Source: a bacterium
Lineage (GTDB): Bacteria > UBA8248
DNA: 64,000 nucleotides
Direction of reading: 5' to 3'
Assembly: GCA_965213685.1 (NCBI GenBank)
Contig: CBDBZY010000058.1
Coordinates: 31,458 to 95,457, forward strand
Position numbers and translations under genes: made by a program. How positions within the stretch are numbered: position 1 is the first letter of the stretch; every line of letters begins with the position of its first letter. Below, one piece after another: positions 26,830-40,320 of this stretch. Under the pieces are notes generated by a model, which saw nothing but the letters and a program-made list of their open reading frames with translations, was not told the origin of the DNA and searched no databases.

Positions 26830-27117
26830 TTACTTGTAGCGGCTCGTTATCCGCCCCCTCGTCAAATCGTAGGGCGAGAGCTCCACCTTGACGTTATCCC
26901 CCGGAAGTATGCGGATGAAGTGCATCCGCATTTTCCCCGAGATATGGGCCAACACCCGGTGGCCCCCTTCGAGCTCGACGCGAAACATGGCGTTCGGCAG
27001 AGGCTCCACCACGATTCCGTCCACCTCGATGACGCCCTCCTTCGGAGCGCGCTCCTCGCGCTCGACCTGATCGCGCTTTCTGCGCCTCCGCCCCCCCTGA
27101 CGGCGCGGTCTCCTCAT
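26830..27117 (-). CDS. infA: Translation initiation factor IF-1 with N-terminal extension
   Basis: [15 protein letters not shown] and ELSPYDL; start overlaps the map stop (ATGA). Confidence 0.95.
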   Translation of the reverse strand: MRRPRRQGGRRRRKRDQVEREERAPKEGVIEVDGIVVEPLPNAMFRVELEGGHRVLAHISGKMRMHFIRILPGDNVKVELSPYDLTRGRITSRYK

Positions 27118-27869
27118 GCCGCGAGGCTCAGAATGTCCGGGCCGTCGTCCGTGATGGCGACGGAATGCTCAAAATGCGCGGAGAGCTTCTCGTCCGCCGT
27201 GACAACCGTCCATGCGTCGCCCAAAACCTTCACCTCATGAACTCCCATGTTCAGCATGGGCTCAATCGCCAGCACCATGCCCGCCCTCAACTCCGGTCCC
27301 CTTCCGGGTTCGCCGAAATTCGGAACCTGCGGCTCCTCGTGGAGGTTCGTCCCCACCCCGTGTCCCACATAGGAGCGCACCACCGAGAAGCCGGCTCCTT
27401 CCGCATGCTTCTGCACGGCGTGGGAAATGTCCAGCAGCCGGTTGCCGGGCCGGGCCTGCTCGATCCCCTTGAAAAGCGACTCCTCGCAGCACTGCAGCAA
27501 TTCCTTCGCCTCGGGGCCGACGCCCCCCACCGGGAAGGTGACCGCATGATCCCCGTAGTAGCCATACAATTTCGCCCCGACGTCCACGCTGACGATATCC
27601 CCCTCTTTCAGCTTCCTCCCGGAGGGGACTCCATGCACCACCTGCTCGTTCACCGAGGCGCATATGGTGTGCCGATAGCCCCTGTAGCCCTTGAAGGCGG
27701 GTATCGCCCCCTCTCCCCGGATGATCCGCTCCGCCAACGCATCCAGCTCCAGCGTCGAGACCCCCGGCCGGATGGCGTTCCTGAGCGCCTCCATCACGCT
27801 GATCACCACCCGGTTGCTGGCCCGCAGGCGCTCGATTTCTTTTTGCGAACGAAGGATAATAGCCATCAA
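27114..27869 (-). CDS. map: Methionine aminopeptidase type I
   Basis: [23 protein letters not shown] and AHFEH. Confidence 0.96.
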   Translation of the reverse strand: MMAIILRSQKEIERLRASNRVVISVMEALRNAIRPGVSTLELDALAERIIRGEGAIPAFKGYRGYRHTICASVNEQVVHGVPSGRKLKEGDIVSVDVGAKLYGYYGDHAVTFPVGGVGPEAKELLQCCEESLFKGIEQARPGNRLLDISHAVQKHAEGAGFSVVRSYVGHGVGTNLHEEPQVPNFGEPGRGPELRAGMVLAIEPMLNMGVHEVKVLGDAWTVVTADEKLSAHFEHSVAITDDGPDILSLAA

Positions 27870-28495
27870 GCGAGCACTTGGGCAATACCTGCCTCAATCC
27901 TCCCCGCGACTTCCTCGAAGCTGCCCTGGCCGTCGATCTCCGCGAGATTGCCCTTCGCGCGATAAAACGCCACCAAGGGCGCGGTATGCTCCTCATACAC
28001 CTGGAGGCGGCGCATCACCGTGCTCCGCATGTCGTCCTCGCGCTGGTAGAGGTCTCCCCCGCAGGCGGAGCAAAGGGCGGTATCCATGTTGGGATACACC
28101 GCGCCGCACTTCTTGCAGGTGAGCCTCCCCGCCAGCCGCGAAACCGCGACATCGTGCGGTATGCCCAGATAGACGACCACGTCCACGCTCTCGGCCAACA
28201 CCTTTTCCAGCGCCTCTCCCTGCTCGATCGTCCTCGGGAAGCCATCCAGGATAAAACCGTTCCGGCAATCTTCCCGGGCGATGCGCTCCTCGATAACCGA
28301 CACGATGAGGTCGTCCGGCACGAGATGGCCCTGGTTGATGATGTCCTCCACCTGCTGGCCGAGCAGCGTCCTCTCCCCCACCGCCTGCCGCAACATGTCC
28401 CCCGTCGAGATTTCGGGTATCTGGAGGGACTTCGAGAGCAACACGCCCTGCGTGCCCTTTCCCGATCCGGGAGGACCCAGAAAAATAATTCGCAT
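27866..28495 (-). CDS. adk: Adenylate kinase
   Basis: GPPGSGKGT, STGDMLR, DGFPR and a 4-Cys LID. Confidence 0.96.
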   Translation of the reverse strand: MRIIFLGPPGSGKGTQGVLLSKSLQIPEISTGDMLRQAVGERTLLGQQVEDIINQGHLVPDDLIVSVIEERIAREDCRNGFILDGFPRTIEQGEALEKVLAESVDVVVYLGIPHDVAVSRLAGRLTCKKCGAVYPNMDTALCSACGGDLYQREDDMRSTVMRRLQVYEEHTAPLVAFYRAKGNLAEIDGQGSFEEVAGRIEAGIAQVLA

Positions 28496-28503
28496 TTGCT
28501 ATC

Positions 28504-29822
<1,319 letters not shown>

Positions 29823-29826
<4 letters not shown>

Positions 29827-30335
29827 GCGCTTTTATCTCCCTGCCTTGCGGGAAGAGCCACTATCTCGACGCTGCCCCCCGCCCCCTCTATCTTCTGGCG
29901 AGCCGACCGGCTGCATTTTTGCACCTGGAGGTGAAGCGCGCGATCCACGTCGCCCTCGCCCAGCAGTTTGACGCCGTCTTTCGCCACCTTCCGCACGAGG
30001 CCGGCGGCCCGGAGGGCCGTGGCGTCCACGCGGGACTCCGGCTCGAGGACGCCCAGACGGCCCACGTTCAGCTCCGAGAACTCCTTTCGGAAGCGATTGT
30101 TGAACCCGCGCTTCGGCAAACGGCGCTGGAGCGGCATCTGCCCGCCCTCGAAGCCCACCTTCCGGCGGTAGCCCGAGCGCGACTTCTGCCCCTTGTGCCC
30201 GCGCGTGGAGGTCTTGCCCCTGTCGGAACCCGTCCCGCGCCCCACCCGGCGCCTGGTGCGCACCGCCCCCTTCGGGGAGGACAAATCGCCCAGGCCGGTA
30301 TATTCGTTCGCTGGTGTCGTGTCGTTCTCTGCCAT
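29823..30335 (-). CDS. rplO: 50S ribosomal protein L15
   Basis: RGHKGQKSR and FEGGQMPL; start at ATG30335. Confidence 0.96.
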
Positions 30336-30349
30336 ATGAACCCGGGGCG

Positions 30350-30535
30350 CTACGCCCCCTCCTCCACTTCCACGAGGTGCTTGATCTTGAACACCATGCC
30401 GCGAATGCAGGCGTTGTCCCGCTTCACCACCGCCTGGTTGATTCGCCGGAGGCCCAAGCCCTGCAAAACGGCGCGCTGCTTGACGTTCGAGCCGGACACG
30501 CTCTTTCGCAGGGTGATCGTAATCGTATCGCCCAT
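30350..30535 (-). CDS. rpmD: 50S ribosomal protein L30
   Basis: LGLRRI...IRGM; position between rpsE and rplO. Confidence 0.93.
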   Translation of the reverse strand: MGDTITITLRKSVSGSNVKQRAVLQGLGLRRINQAVVKRDNACIRGMVFKIKHLVEVEEGA

Positions 30536-30547
30536 CACGCCTTCCCC

Positions 30548-31087
30548 CTATTCCGCCGCGCCGCCATCTTCGGCGCCGACCCCCCTGAGCGCGAGCACGT
30601 CCTCTTTGTTGCGCAGCGCGCACAGGCCCGCCAGCGTCGCCTTGGCGGCGTTGTGCGGGTTGTTCGTGCCGATGCACTTCGTCAGTATGTCCCGCACGCC
30701 GGCGACGTCCAGCACCGCGCGCACGGGGCCGCCGGCGATGACGCCCGTGCCCCGCGCCGCGGGCTTGAGCAACACGCGGCCCGCGCCGAACCGGCCCAGC
30801 GTTTGATGGGGGATGGTCTCCTTGTCGAGCGCGACCCGGACCATCGACTTGCGGGCCTTCTCCACGCCCTTGCGGATGGCCTCCGGCACCTCGTTCGCCT
30901 TGCCCATGCCGATGCCGACCTGGCCTTTTCTGTCGCCGACGGTCACCAGCGCGCTGAAGCTGAACCTGCGGCCGCCCTTGACCACCTTGGCCACGCGGTT
31001 CACGAAGATGACGCGGTCAATAAATTCACGCTCCTCGGGATTCGCGGCTTCCCTGCCCCGATCCCTTCTCCCTCCCCCTCGCGCCAT
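30548..31087 (-). CDS. rpsE: 30S ribosomal protein S5
   Basis: [15 protein letters not shown]. Confidence 0.97.
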   Translation of the reverse strand: MARGGGRRDRGREAANPEEREFIDRVIFVNRVAKVVKGGRRFSFSALVTVGDRKGQVGIGMGKANEVPEAIRKGVEKARKSMVRVALDKETIPHQTLGRFGAGRVLLKPAARGTGVIAGGPVRAVLDVAGVRDILTKCIGTNNPHNAAKATLAGLCALRNKEDVLALRGVGAEDGGAAE

Positions 31088-31467
31088 CAGAAACTCACCC
31101 CCGTGTCCCGCACGCTGTCGGCCAGCGCCTTCACGCGGCCGTGATAGAGATAGCCGTTGCGATCAAAAACCACCTTGCCCACGCCCTTCGCCCGCGCGCG
31201 GTCGCCCAGCAATTTGCCGACGATGGCGGCGCCCGCCACGTTGCCCCCGCCCGCGCTTTCGACGGCTGCGGCCTCGGCCGCAAAGCCTTTCTCGCGCGAG
31301 GAGGCGGCGGCGAGCGTCTGGCCCGAGGCGTCATCGATCACCTGGGCGTAAATGTGCGCGCTGCTCCGGAAAACGGTGAGGCGCGGCCGCTCGTCCGTCC
31401 CCCGGCTCTTCTTGCGGATTCTCACCTTGCGCTTGCGCCGCGCCTCCAGCTTGTTCAATCGGCCCAC
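31087..31467 (-). CDS. rplR: 50S ribosomal protein L18
   Basis: RPRLTVFRS and [12 protein letters not shown]; GTG start after GGAGG. Confidence 0.96.
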   Translation of the reverse strand: MGRLNKLEARRKRKVRIRKKSRGTDERPRLTVFRSSAHIYAQVIDDASGQTLAAASSREKGFAAEAAAVESAGGGNVAGAAIVGKLLGDRARAKGVGKVVFDRNGYLYHGRVKALADSVRDTGVSF

Positions 31468-31484
31468 TTCTCCCACCTCCCGCG

Positions 31485-32030
31485 CTACACGCCGGCCTTG
31501 CCGGCCTTGCGGCGAACCGTCTCGCCCGCATAGCGGATGCCCTTGCCCTTGTAGGGCTCCGGGGGCTTGACCTTGCGGATTTCGGCGGCCACCCATCCGA
31601 CCACCTGCTTGTCGATGCCCTTCACCTTGATGGCCGTCCGGTTGCGGTCGCTCTGCACCTCGAAGGTGATGCCCTCGACCGGCTCGATGCTCACCGGGTG
31701 CGAATAGCCCACGCTCAGGACGACCCCCTTGTTCCGCTCCTCCACGCGGTATCCGAGCCCGATGATCTCCAGCTCCTTCTCGAACCCCTTGGTCACGCCC
31801 TCAACCATGTTGGAGATCAGCGTGCGCGTGAGGCCGTGCAGCGACTTGTCCTGGCGGGATTCGCTGATCCGCGAAACGACGATGTTGCCGCCGTCTATCT
31901 CCACCTTCGGGCGGTGGTGCAGCTCGCGCTCGAGCGCGCCGAGCGGCCCCCTGACGGAGATGCGGCGCCCGTCGAGGCGCACTTCCACGCCCGCGGGTAT
32001 GGGAATCGGCATTTTTCCGATGCGCGACAT
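31485..32030 (-). CDS. rplF: 50S ribosomal protein L6
   Basis: MSRIGK and PEPYKGKG. Confidence 0.97.
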   Translation of the reverse strand: MSRIGKMPIPIPAGVEVRLDGRRISVRGPLGALERELHHRPKVEIDGGNIVVSRISESRQDKSLHGLTRTLISNMVEGVTKGFEKELEIIGLGYRVEERNKGVVLSVGYSHPVSIEPVEGITFEVQSDRNRTAIKVKGIDKQVVGWVAAEIRKVKPPEPYKGKGIRYAGETVRRKAGKAGV

Positions 32031-32040
32031 TCAATTCACC

Positions 32041-32442
32041 TCACCAGACTTCACAAAGAACCTCGCCGCCCACTCCCAGCGCCCGCGCCTCCTCATCCGT
32101 CACCACGCCGCGGGAGGTCGTGAGAATGGCGATCCCCATGCCGTGGAGCACCCTCGGGACCGACTCCTTGTTCACATACACCCGAAGGCCGGGCTTGCTG
32201 ATCCGCTTGAGGCCCGTCAGCACCAGCTTGCCGTCCTGGGGGGGCTTCAGCTCCACCTTGATCTCGCTCTGGCCCGTCGGGCCCGGCTCGACCTCGTATC
32301 CCTTGATGTAGCCCTGGGACTTGAGGATGCCGACGACCTGGGATTTCAGCCGACTCCCTGGAATCGAGACGCTCGAATGCCCCGCGCGCACGGCGTTGCG
32401 AATGCGCGTCAGAAGGTCGGCGATGGGGTCCGTCATGCTCAT
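32041..32442 (-). CDS. rpsH: 30S ribosomal protein S8
   Basis: DPIADLLTRIRN and SKPGLRVY. Confidence 0.97.
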   Translation of the reverse strand: MSMTDPIADLLTRIRNAVRAGHSSVSIPGSRLKSQVVGILKSQGYIKGYEVEPGPTGQSEIKVELKPPQDGKLVLTGLKRISKPGLRVYVNKESVPRVLHGMGIAILTTSRGVVTDEEARALGVGGEVLCEVW

Positions 32443-32458
32443 ATTCTTTTCTCTCCGG

Positions 32459-32644
32459 CTACCAGCTCGATTTCGTGACCCCCGGAATCTCGCCTTTCAG
32501 CGACAACTCGCGGAAGCATATCCGGCAAAGCTTGAAGCGCCTCAAATAGCCGCGCGGCCGTCCGCAGCGCTGGCAGCGGTTATACGCCCGGACGGCGAAT
32601 TTGGGCGCTTTCCTCTGCTTCGCAATCAAACATTTTTTCGCCAC
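32459..32644 (-). CDS. rpsZ: 30S ribosomal protein S14, type Z
   Basis: 61 aa; RCQRCGR...CRICFRE. Confidence 0.96.
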   Translation of the reverse strand: MAKKCLIAKQRKAPKFAVRAYNRCQRCGRPRGYLRRFKLCRICFRELSLKGEIPGVTKSSW

Positions 32645-32655
32645 TGTATTTCCTC

Positions 32656-33207
32656 TTATGTCGTCCGGAAAGGAACGCCCAACGCGCGGAGCAGCGCCCT
32701 CCCCTCCTCGTCCGTGTTCGCCGACGTGTTCATGACGACGCCGATGCCCCGGGATTTCTCCACCTTGTCGATGTCGATCTCGGGAAAGATGATCTGCTCG
32801 CGAATGCCGAGGCTGTAATTCCCGCGACCGTCGAAGGACTTGGGGCTCAACCCCCGGAAATCACGCACGCGGGGGAGGGTCACGTTCACCAGGCGGTCCA
32901 CGAAATCCCACATCCGCGCGCCTCGAAGCGTCACCATCGCCCCGATGGGCATCCCCTCGCGCAACTTGAAGTTCGCTATGGACTTCCGCGCCCGGGTGAC
33001 GACCGGCTTCTGCCCCGCCACGCTCGTCAACTCCGCGACGCCGTTCTCGAGCGTCGCCGCATTCTGAACGGCCTCTCCGAGCCCCATGTTCAGCGTGACC
33101 TTCAGGAGCCGCGGAATCTGCATGACGTTCGCGTATTCAAACTCCTTGCGCAGCTTCTCCGCGACCTCTTCCCGATAAAACCGCAACATCCTCGGTACGT
33201 ACGCCAT
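32656..33207 (-). CDS. rplE: 50S ribosomal protein L5
   Basis: [10 protein letters not shown] and FDGRGNY. Confidence 0.97.
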   Translation of the reverse strand: MAYVPRMLRFYREEVAEKLRKEFEYANVMQIPRLLKVTLNMGLGEAVQNAATLENGVAELTSVAGQKPVVTRARKSIANFKLREGMPIGAMVTLRGARMWDFVDRLVNVTLPRVRDFRGLSPKSFDGRGNYSLGIREQIIFPEIDIDKVEKSRGIGVVMNTSANTDEEGRALLRALGVPFRTT

Positions 33208-33229
33208 CTCGATAAAAATCCTTCTCCGC

Positions 33230-33568
33230 CTACACCGTGTCGAGCAACTCGCCGCTTCGCTGCGTCACGCGCACGCGCGCGCCGTCCTCGAGCCGCTTCC
33301 TCTGCACGCGGGAGGGCCGGCTGGTCTTGGGGTCCACCGGCATGACGTTGGAAAGGTGAATCTTCCCCTCCCGCTCCATGATGCCGCCCTGCTGGTTCGC
33401 CTGGGTCGGCTTCGTGTGCCGCTTCACCATGTTCAGCTTCTCGACGAGCACGCGGTTCTCGTCCTTGAGCACCTTCAGCACCTTGCCGGTCTTGCCCTTC
33501 TCGTGGCCCGCGATCACCTGAACGATGTCGCCTTTCCTGATGTGCGTCTTCCTCGCGTTCGACCCCAT
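33230..33568 (-). CDS. rplX: 50S ribosomal protein L24
   Basis: [10 protein letters not shown] and IHLSNV. Confidence 0.96.
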   Translation of the reverse strand: MGSNARKTHIRKGDIVQVIAGHEKGKTGKVLKVLKDENRVLVEKLNMVKRHTKPTQANQQGGIMEREGKIHLSNVMPVDPKTSRPSRVQRKRLEDGARVRVTQRSGELLDTV

Positions 33569-33577
33569 CTCGGCTCC

Positions 33578-33949
33578 TCACAAAACCTCGGGTGCGAGCG
33601 AGACGATGCGCATGAACCGCTTGCGCCTCAACTCGCGGGCCACGGGGCCAAAAATGCGCGTTCCCATCGGCTCGCGGGCCTCGTTGATGATGACGACGGC
33701 GTTGTCGTCAAAGCGGATATACGTGCCGTCCTCCCGCCCGGTTTCCTTCACGGTGCGAACGACGACAGCCCGCCTGACCTCCCCCTTTTTCACGGCGCTG
33801 TTCGGTATGGACTCCTTGATCGCCACGACGATGATGTCGCCGATCCGCGCATACCTGCTGCGGCGCGACCCGCCCAGAACCTTGATGCACTGGGCGCGCT
33901 TCGCCCCCGAATTGTCCGCCACGCTGCACATCGTTTCCACCTGGATCAT
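33578..33949 (-). CDS. rplN: 50S ribosomal protein L14
   Basis: ADNSGAK and [12 protein letters not shown]. Confidence 0.97.
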   Translation of the reverse strand: MIQVETMCSVADNSGAKRAQCIKVLGGSRRSRYARIGDIIVVAIKESIPNSAVKKGEVRRAVVVRTVKETGREDGTYIRFDDNAVVIINEAREPMGTRIFGPVARELRRKRFMRIVSLAPEVL

Positions 33950-33961
33950 TTTTTCCGTTCC

Positions 33962-34222
33962 CTACTTCGAGCGCTCGATCACGTCCAGAAGACGCCAGCG
34001 CTTCTTCCGGCTCAGCGGCCTGGACTCGATGATTCGCACCCTGTCTCCCGCGCGCAGGGAGTTCTCCTCATCGTGGACCAAATACTTCTTCCGCCTGCGC
34101 ACGACGCGCTTGAAGGTCGTGTGCTTGAACATCCGCACCACCTCGACGGTCGCGGTCTTCTCCATGCGGTCGCTCACCACTTTCCCTTCCCGCACCTTGC
34201 GCCTGCCCCGAACCTCACCCAT
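33962..34222 (-). CDS. rpsQ: 30S ribosomal protein S17
   Basis: GKVVSDRMEKT and ESRPLS. Confidence 0.96.
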   Translation of the reverse strand: MGEVRGRRKVREGKVVSDRMEKTATVEVVRMFKHTTFKRVVRRRKKYLVHDEENSLRAGDRVRIIESRPLSRKKRWRLLDVIERSK

Positions 34223-34228
34223 CCCTGG

Positions 34229-34438
34229 CTACTCCCTCCCGGCGTCGGCGGCCCGCGCTCGCTCGCGCCTTGAAGTCAACACCCGCGCCAAATCCCGCTT
34301 CAAAAGGCCGATGCGCGCCGTGTTGTCCAGCTGGCTCGTCGCCTTGCGAAAGCGCAGATTGAACAATTCCTGGCGCAACTCCTTCTCCTTCAAACCGAGC
34401 TCATCGTCGCTCAAGTCAACGACCTCGCTGTATTTCAC
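34229..34438 (-). CDS. rpmC: 50S ribosomal protein L29
   Basis: ELFNLRF; conserved position. Confidence 0.94.
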   Translation of the reverse strand: MKYSEVVDLSDDELGLKEKELRQELFNLRFRKATSQLDNTARIGLLKRDLARVLTSRRERARAADAGRE

Positions 34439-34442
34439 GCCA

Positions 34443-34859
34443 TCATCCCCCCCGCGAAGAGGTCAGAATCCTGGTTTTGCACGGCAGCTTCTGGGCGGCC
34501 AGGCGAAGCGCCTCGCGGGCGACGTCGGCGGCGACGCCGTCCATCTCGTAGAGAACCCTCCCGGCCCGCACGGGCGCCACCCACGACTCGGGCGCGCCCT
34601 TGCCCTTGCCCATCCGGACCTCGGCCGGCTTCTTGCAGATGGGCTTGTCCGGAAAAAGGCGAATCCAGATGCGCCCGCCGCGCTTGACGTGGCGCGTCAT
34701 GGCGATGCGGGCCGCCTCAATCTGGCGCGCCGTGATGTGCGTCGTCTCCAGGGTCTGGAGCCCGTAGGAGCCGAACGAGAGCACAGCGCCGCGCTGCGCC
34801 TTTCCGTTCAGGCGCCCCTTCTGGGTCTTTCGGAACTTCGTTCTTTTTGGCTGTAGCAT
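34443..34859 (-). CDS. rplP: 50S ribosomal protein L16
   Basis: [11 protein letters not shown] and RMGKGKG. Confidence 0.97.
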   Translation of the reverse strand: MLQPKRTKFRKTQKGRLNGKAQRGAVLSFGSYGLQTLETTHITARQIEAARIAMTRHVKRGGRIWIRLFPDKPICKKPAEVRMGKGKGAPESWVAPVRAGRVLYEMDGVAADVAREALRLAAQKLPCKTRILTSSRGG

Positions 34860-34882
34860 GTCTCGTCCCTAATCAACGCCGA

Positions 34883-35548
34883 CTATGAGCCCAGCGCCCG
34901 GGAAGACGGCGTTCGCTTGGTTTGCCGAATCATCTCGCCCCGGAATATCCAGACCTTCACGCCAATGATTCCGTAGGTCGTCTTTCCTTCGGCGAATCCG
35001 TAGTCGATGTCCGCGCGCAGGGTCTGGAGCGGCACGCGCCCCTCGCGATACCACTCGGTTCGCGCAATCTCGGCCCCGCCCAGCCTGCCGGAGCACTGAA
35101 TCTTCACCCCCTTGGCGCCAAAGCGCAGGGCGGAGGTCACCGATTTTTTCATCGCGCGGCGAAAGGCGATGCGGCGCTCGAGCTGCATGGCGATGTTCTC
35201 CGCCACGAGCTGCGCGTCCATCTCCGCCTTGCGCACCTCCTTGATGTTCACGTTGACCTGGTTGCCCGTGAGCACCTGCAAGTCCGCCTTCAGCCTGTCC
35301 ACCTCCGCGCCGCGCTTGCCGATGATGATGCCCGGCCGCGCCGTCCAGATGCTGATGCGCGCCCGCTGGCTCGCGCGCTCGATCTCCACCCTGCTCACCC
35401 CCGCGTGAGAGAGACGCTCCTTCACGTATTTGCGGATTCGCAGATCGTCGAGGAGAAGGTCGCCAAACTGCCGTTTCGCGAACCAGGCGGAATTCCATCC
35501 CCTGGTGATGCCAACCCGAAACCCGATGGGATGAACCTTTTGACCCAT
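34883..35548 (-). CDS. rpsC: 30S ribosomal protein S3
   Basis: [11 protein letters not shown] and [14 protein letters not shown]. Confidence 0.97.
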   Translation of the reverse strand: MGQKVHPIGFRVGITRGWNSAWFAKRQFGDLLLDDLRIRKYVKERLSHAGVSRVEIERASQRARISIWTARPGIIIGKRGAEVDRLKADLQVLTGNQVNVNIKEVRKAEMDAQLVAENIAMQLERRIAFRRAMKKSVTSALRFGAKGVKIQCSGRLGGAEIARTEWYREGRVPLQTLRADIDYGFAEGKTTYGIIGVKVWIFRGEMIRQTKRTPSSRALGS

Positions 35549-35558
35549 GTTTCTCCCC

Positions 35559-35894
35559 TTAGTTCGCCTCGCCAATATCCACGCGAATGTGGCAACTCTT
35601 GTGCTTGACGCGGCCGATGCGCCCGCGCGCGCGCGCGCGAAACCGCTTGAGCGTCGGCCCGCCGTCCACCCGCACGCTCCGCACCACCAGACCCTCGGGG
35701 TCGTCGTTCTCCCCCTTGTCGGTGGCGTTCGCCAAGGCGGAAAGGAGAACCTTCTCCATCACCTTCGCCGAGGAGCGCGTCGAGAGGCGCAGAACGGTGA
35801 GCGCGTCGGACACCCGCTTGCCGCGAATCATGTCGGCCAGCTGGCGCGTCTTGCGCGGCTTGGCCCGGTAATACTTCAACGTCGCCTTTGACAT
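35559..35894 (-). CDS. rplV: 50S ribosomal protein L22
   Basis: PRKTR.LAD.IRG and GPTLKR. Confidence 0.95.
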   Translation of the reverse strand: MSKATLKYYRAKPRKTRQLADMIRGKRVSDALTVLRLSTRSSAKVMEKVLLSALANATDKGENDDPEGLVVRSVRVDGGPTLKRFRARARGRIGRVKHKSCHIRVDIGEAN

Positions 35895-35932
35895 ATCGTT
35901 CCCTTGCCTGTCCCCGTCCTGCCCGCCGCAGC

Positions 35933-36217
35933 CTATTTCAGCGTCACCTGCCGCTTCGTCATGCCCGAATGCGAACGAAACGTGCGGGTGGGAGAAAAAT
36001 CCCCGAGCTTGAAGCCCACCATGTTCTCCGTCACGTACACCGGTATGAATTTCTTTCCGTTGTGGACGGCGAACGTATGGCCGACGAAATCGGGGATGAT
36101 GGTCGAACGCCTCGACCAGGTTCGTATCATCCGCTTCTCGCCACTTTGGTCCATCGCCTCGACTTTCTTGCGAAGGTGATCGTCAATGAACGGGCCCTTA
36201 TGGAGAGAACGTGGCAT
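35933..36217 (-). CDS. rpsS: 30S ribosomal protein S19
   Basis: TWSRRST and HNGK. Confidence 0.97.
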   Translation of the reverse strand: MPRSLHKGPFIDDHLRKKVEAMDQSGEKRMIRTWSRRSTIIPDFVGHTFAVHNGKKFIPVYVTENMVGFKLGDFSPTRTFRSHSGMTKRQVTLK

Positions 36218-36232
36218 CGCTGTCGAATCTCC

Positions 36233-37063
36233 CTACCTGGATTTCCTGCGCCGCACGATAAACTGGGAAGAAGGCTTTCCCTTCTTTCGCGTCTTGTAGC
36301 CTTTTGTCGGCTTGCCCCACGGGGTGACCGGGTGCCTGCCGCCCGAGCTCTTCCCCTCGCCGCCGCCCAGGGGATGATCCACCGGGTTCATGGCCACGCC
36401 GCGGACGTTGGGGCGGCGGCCCAGCCAACGCCTCCGCCCCGCCTTGCCGAGGCTCACGTTGGAGTGGTCCGGGTTGCCCACCTCGCCTATCGTGGCGTAG
36501 CAAGACAGGCGAATCATCCGCACCTCGCCCGAGGAGAGCCGAAACTGCGCGTAATCGCCCTCCTTCGCCATGAGTTGGGCGCTGACGCCCGCGCTCCGGG
36601 CAATCTGCCCGCCGCGCCCCGGCTTCATCTCGATGTTGTGGCACGTCGTCCCCAGCGGAATCCGCGCCACGGGCAGCGCGTTGCCGACGCGAATCTCCGC
36701 CTCCGGCCCCGAACTGACGGTGGCGCCGACCTCCAGGCCGTCGGGCGCGAGGATATAGCGCTTCTCCCCGTCCAGATAGACGACGAGCGCCAGCCGCGCG
36801 GAACGATTCGGGTCATACTCTATCGAGCGCACCTTCCCGGGCACGCCAGTCTTCTCGCGCCGGAAATCCACCACCCGGTAGCGGCGCTTGTGACCCCCGC
36901 CCCGCTGGTAGGTGGTGATCCGCCCCCGGTTGTTGCGCCCGCCGGATTTTGACATCCCCTTGGTCAGGCGCTTCTCCGGTGCCTCCTTCGTGATGTCCTC
37001 GCGCACGAGGACGTCCTGGAACCTTCGCCCCGGGGAGGTCGGCTTGTATTTTTTTACCGGCAT
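36233..37063 (-). CDS. rplB: 50S ribosomal protein L2
   Basis: EYDPNRSA and [11 protein letters not shown]; start at ATG37063. Confidence 0.97.
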   Translation of the reverse strand: MPVKKYKPTSPGRRFQDVLVREDITKEAPEKRLTKGMSKSGGRNNRGRITTYQRGGGHKRRYRVVDFRREKTGVPGKVRSIEYDPNRSARLALVVYLDGEKRYILAPDGLEVGATVSSGPEAEIRVGNALPVARIPLGTTCHNIEMKPGRGGQIARSAGVSAQLMAKEGDYAQFRLSSGEVRMIRLSCYATIGEVGNPDHSNVSLGKAGRRRWLGRRPNVRGVAMNPVDHPLGGGEGKSSGGRHPVTPWGKPTKGYKTRKKGKPSSQFIVRRRKSR

Positions 37064-37080
37064 ATCATTCGTCCCAAAAT

Positions 37081-37368
37081 CTATACGGACTCGAAAAATT
37101 CGATGGAATCGCCCTCGCGCAGCGTCACGATCGCTTTTTTCCACGGCGGCTTGCGGCCCTGGTGCCGCCCCATGCGAACGCTCTTGCCGGGCACCCGCAT
37201 CGTGTTCACGTTGCGCACCGAGACGCCAAACAGCTCCTCGACCGCTTTTTTAATCTCGATCTTGTTGGCCTCCATGGCCACCTCGAAGACGACCTTGTTG
37301 GCCTCCTCCGTGCTCGCGATGCTCTTCTCCGTCACGCACGGCCTGCGAATGACGCGTGTGTTTTCCAT
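37081..37368 (-). CDS. rplW: 50S ribosomal protein L23
   Basis: TEKS, ANKIEIK and WKKAIV. Confidence 0.96.
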   Translation of the reverse strand: MENTRVIRRPCVTEKSIASTEEANKVVFEVAMEANKIEIKKAVEELFGVSVRNVNTMRVPGKSVRMGRHQGRKPPWKKAIVTLREGDSIEFFESV

Positions 37369-37371
37369 TCC

Positions 37372-37999
37372 CTATCCCGCCAACCTTTCCGAGATGCCCT
37401 CGAGCGCGCCCCTGGTGCAGACGAGGTGCTCGTGTCCCATGATGTCGTAGACGTTCAGGCCCTCGGGCCTTATCGGCTTCGTCCCCTGGATGTTCCTCGA
37501 CGCCAGCGCGAGGTTCCTGTCGTTCCCGTCATCGACGAGCAGCGCCTTGCGCCCCAGGTTCAGGCTCTGGAGGACGCCCGCCATGAGGCGCGTCTTCGGC
37601 TCCGGCAGGCGCAGGTCCCGCACGACGAGGAGCTTGCCCTCCCTCCACTTCAGGTTGAGCGCACTCCGCAACGCGCCGCCGCGCATCTTCTTGTTCATCT
37701 TCTGGCCGTAGTCGCGCGGCTTGGGGCCGAAGGCGGTTCCCCCGTGCCGCCATATCGGCGACTTCGCGTCGCCCGCCCGCGCGCGTCCCCCCGCCCTTCT
37801 GGCGAAAAGGCTTCGCTCCCGTGCCGTGCACCTCCTTGCGCGTCAGCGTCGAGTGCGTGCCCGCGCGCCGCGCGGCGCGCTGCGCCTTCACCATCTGGTG
37901 GATCAGGTGCATCCGGACCTGGCCGTCGAACACCGCCCCTGGCAAATCCATCTGCTCCACCACGTTTCCTTCCAGATCATGCACGTCGATTTGGGGCAT
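37372..37999 (-). CDS. rplD: 50S ribosomal protein L4 (one extra G at 37787-37792, probable assembly error)
   Basis: Removing one G restores [25 protein letters not shown]...GPKPRDY and joins the two partial ORFs. Confidence 0.93.
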
Positions 38000-38003
38000 G
38001 TCC

Positions 38004-38717
38004 TCAATTCCCCCGCGCAGCCCGCTTGGAGGCCTTCAGGGGGTTCAGGCTCCTGGTCTGCTCTTTTGGTTTCTCCAGCCCGCCCCTGTTGCCCCTGGCG
38101 CTTTTCCGCAAAACGAGGAGCCCGTTGTTCGCTCCCGGCACGGCGCCCCGCAGCAGGAGGAGACTTTCCTCGGGAATGACGTCCACCACCAGAAGCCCTT
38201 GCGCGGTCGTCCGCGCGTTTCCCATCTGCCCCGGCATTTTTTTGCCCTTGATGATTTTCGAGGGATAGGCCGAAGCGCCCATCGCACCCGGCAGGCGGTC
38301 GAACATGCCGCCGTGCGAGGCCGGCCCGCCGCCGAAGCCGTGCCGCTTCATCACGCCGGCGAAGCCGCGGCCCTTGCTCGTGCCCGTCACGTCGAGGCGA
38401 TCGCCGCGGTCGAATATCGTCACGTCAATCAGGCTGCCCGCCGCCAGGTCCGCGTCCCCATCCCCGAGCGGCACCTCCCGGAGGTAGCGAAACGGCTGCG
38501 TCCCCGCTTTCCGGAAATGCCCCAGGAGCGCTTTCGGCAGTCCCTTCTCCTTCCGGGGCACGTAGCCCAGCTGAACGGCCGCGTAGCCGTCGTTCTCCTC
38601 GGTCTTCCTCTGCACGACGGTGCAGGGGCCGGCCTCGACGACGGTCACCGAAACCGCCCCCCCGTCCGGCGAGAACACCTGGGTCATTCCCATTTTTCGT
38701 CCCAGCAAAAATTCCAT
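38004..38717 (-). CDS. rplC: 50S ribosomal protein L3
   Basis: GRKMGMTQ, SKGRGFAG and GPASHG. Confidence 0.97.
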   Translation of the reverse strand: MEFLLGRKMGMTQVFSPDGGAVSVTVVEAGPCTVVQRKTEENDGYAAVQLGYVPRKEKGLPKALLGHFRKAGTQPFRYLREVPLGDGDADLAAGSLIDVTIFDRGDRLDVTGTSKGRGFAGVMKRHGFGGGPASHGGMFDRLPGAMGASAYPSKIIKGKKMPGQMGNARTTAQGLLVVDVIPEESLLLLRGAVPGANNGLLVLRKSARGNRGGLEKPKEQTRSLNPLKASKRAARGN

Positions 38718-38731
38718 CTGCCCCGTCCCGT

Positions 38732-39040
38732 CTAGTTCAGCTTGATCTCGACGTCCACGCCGGCGGCCAGCTCGAGCTTCATGAGCGCGTCGACCGTCTG
38801 CGGCGTCGGCTCCATGATGTCCACGAGCCGCTTGTGCGTCCGTATCTCGAACTGCTCCCTGGACTTCTTGTCGATGTGCGGACCGCGCAGCACCGTATAC
38901 TTGTTGATCGACGTGGGCAGCGGCACCGGCCCCACCAGCGAGGCGCCCGTGCGCCTCACCGTATCGACGATCTCCCCCACCGATTGATCCAGCAGGCGGT
39001 GATCGTATGCTTTCAGGCGAATCCGAATCTTCTGGCTCAT
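38732..39040 (-). CDS. rpsJ: 30S ribosomal protein S10
   Basis: [10 protein letters not shown] and [12 protein letters not shown]. Confidence 0.97.
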   Translation of the reverse strand: MSQKIRIRLKAYDHRLLDQSVGEIVDTVRRTGASLVGPVPLPTSINKYTVLRGPHIDKKSREQFEIRTHKRLVDIMEPTPQTVDALMKLELAAGVDVEIKLN

Positions 39041-39069
39041 GTCTTCCCGCTGCCCCTTGTTGGGTCGTG

Positions 39070-40248
<1,179 letters not shown>

Positions 40249-40320
40249 GGCCTAATCCCCTCTCCTCTGTATCCAAGAGGGGCCGCGCACCGGACGCGCG
40301 CCCCCTCCCGAGAAACGAAT

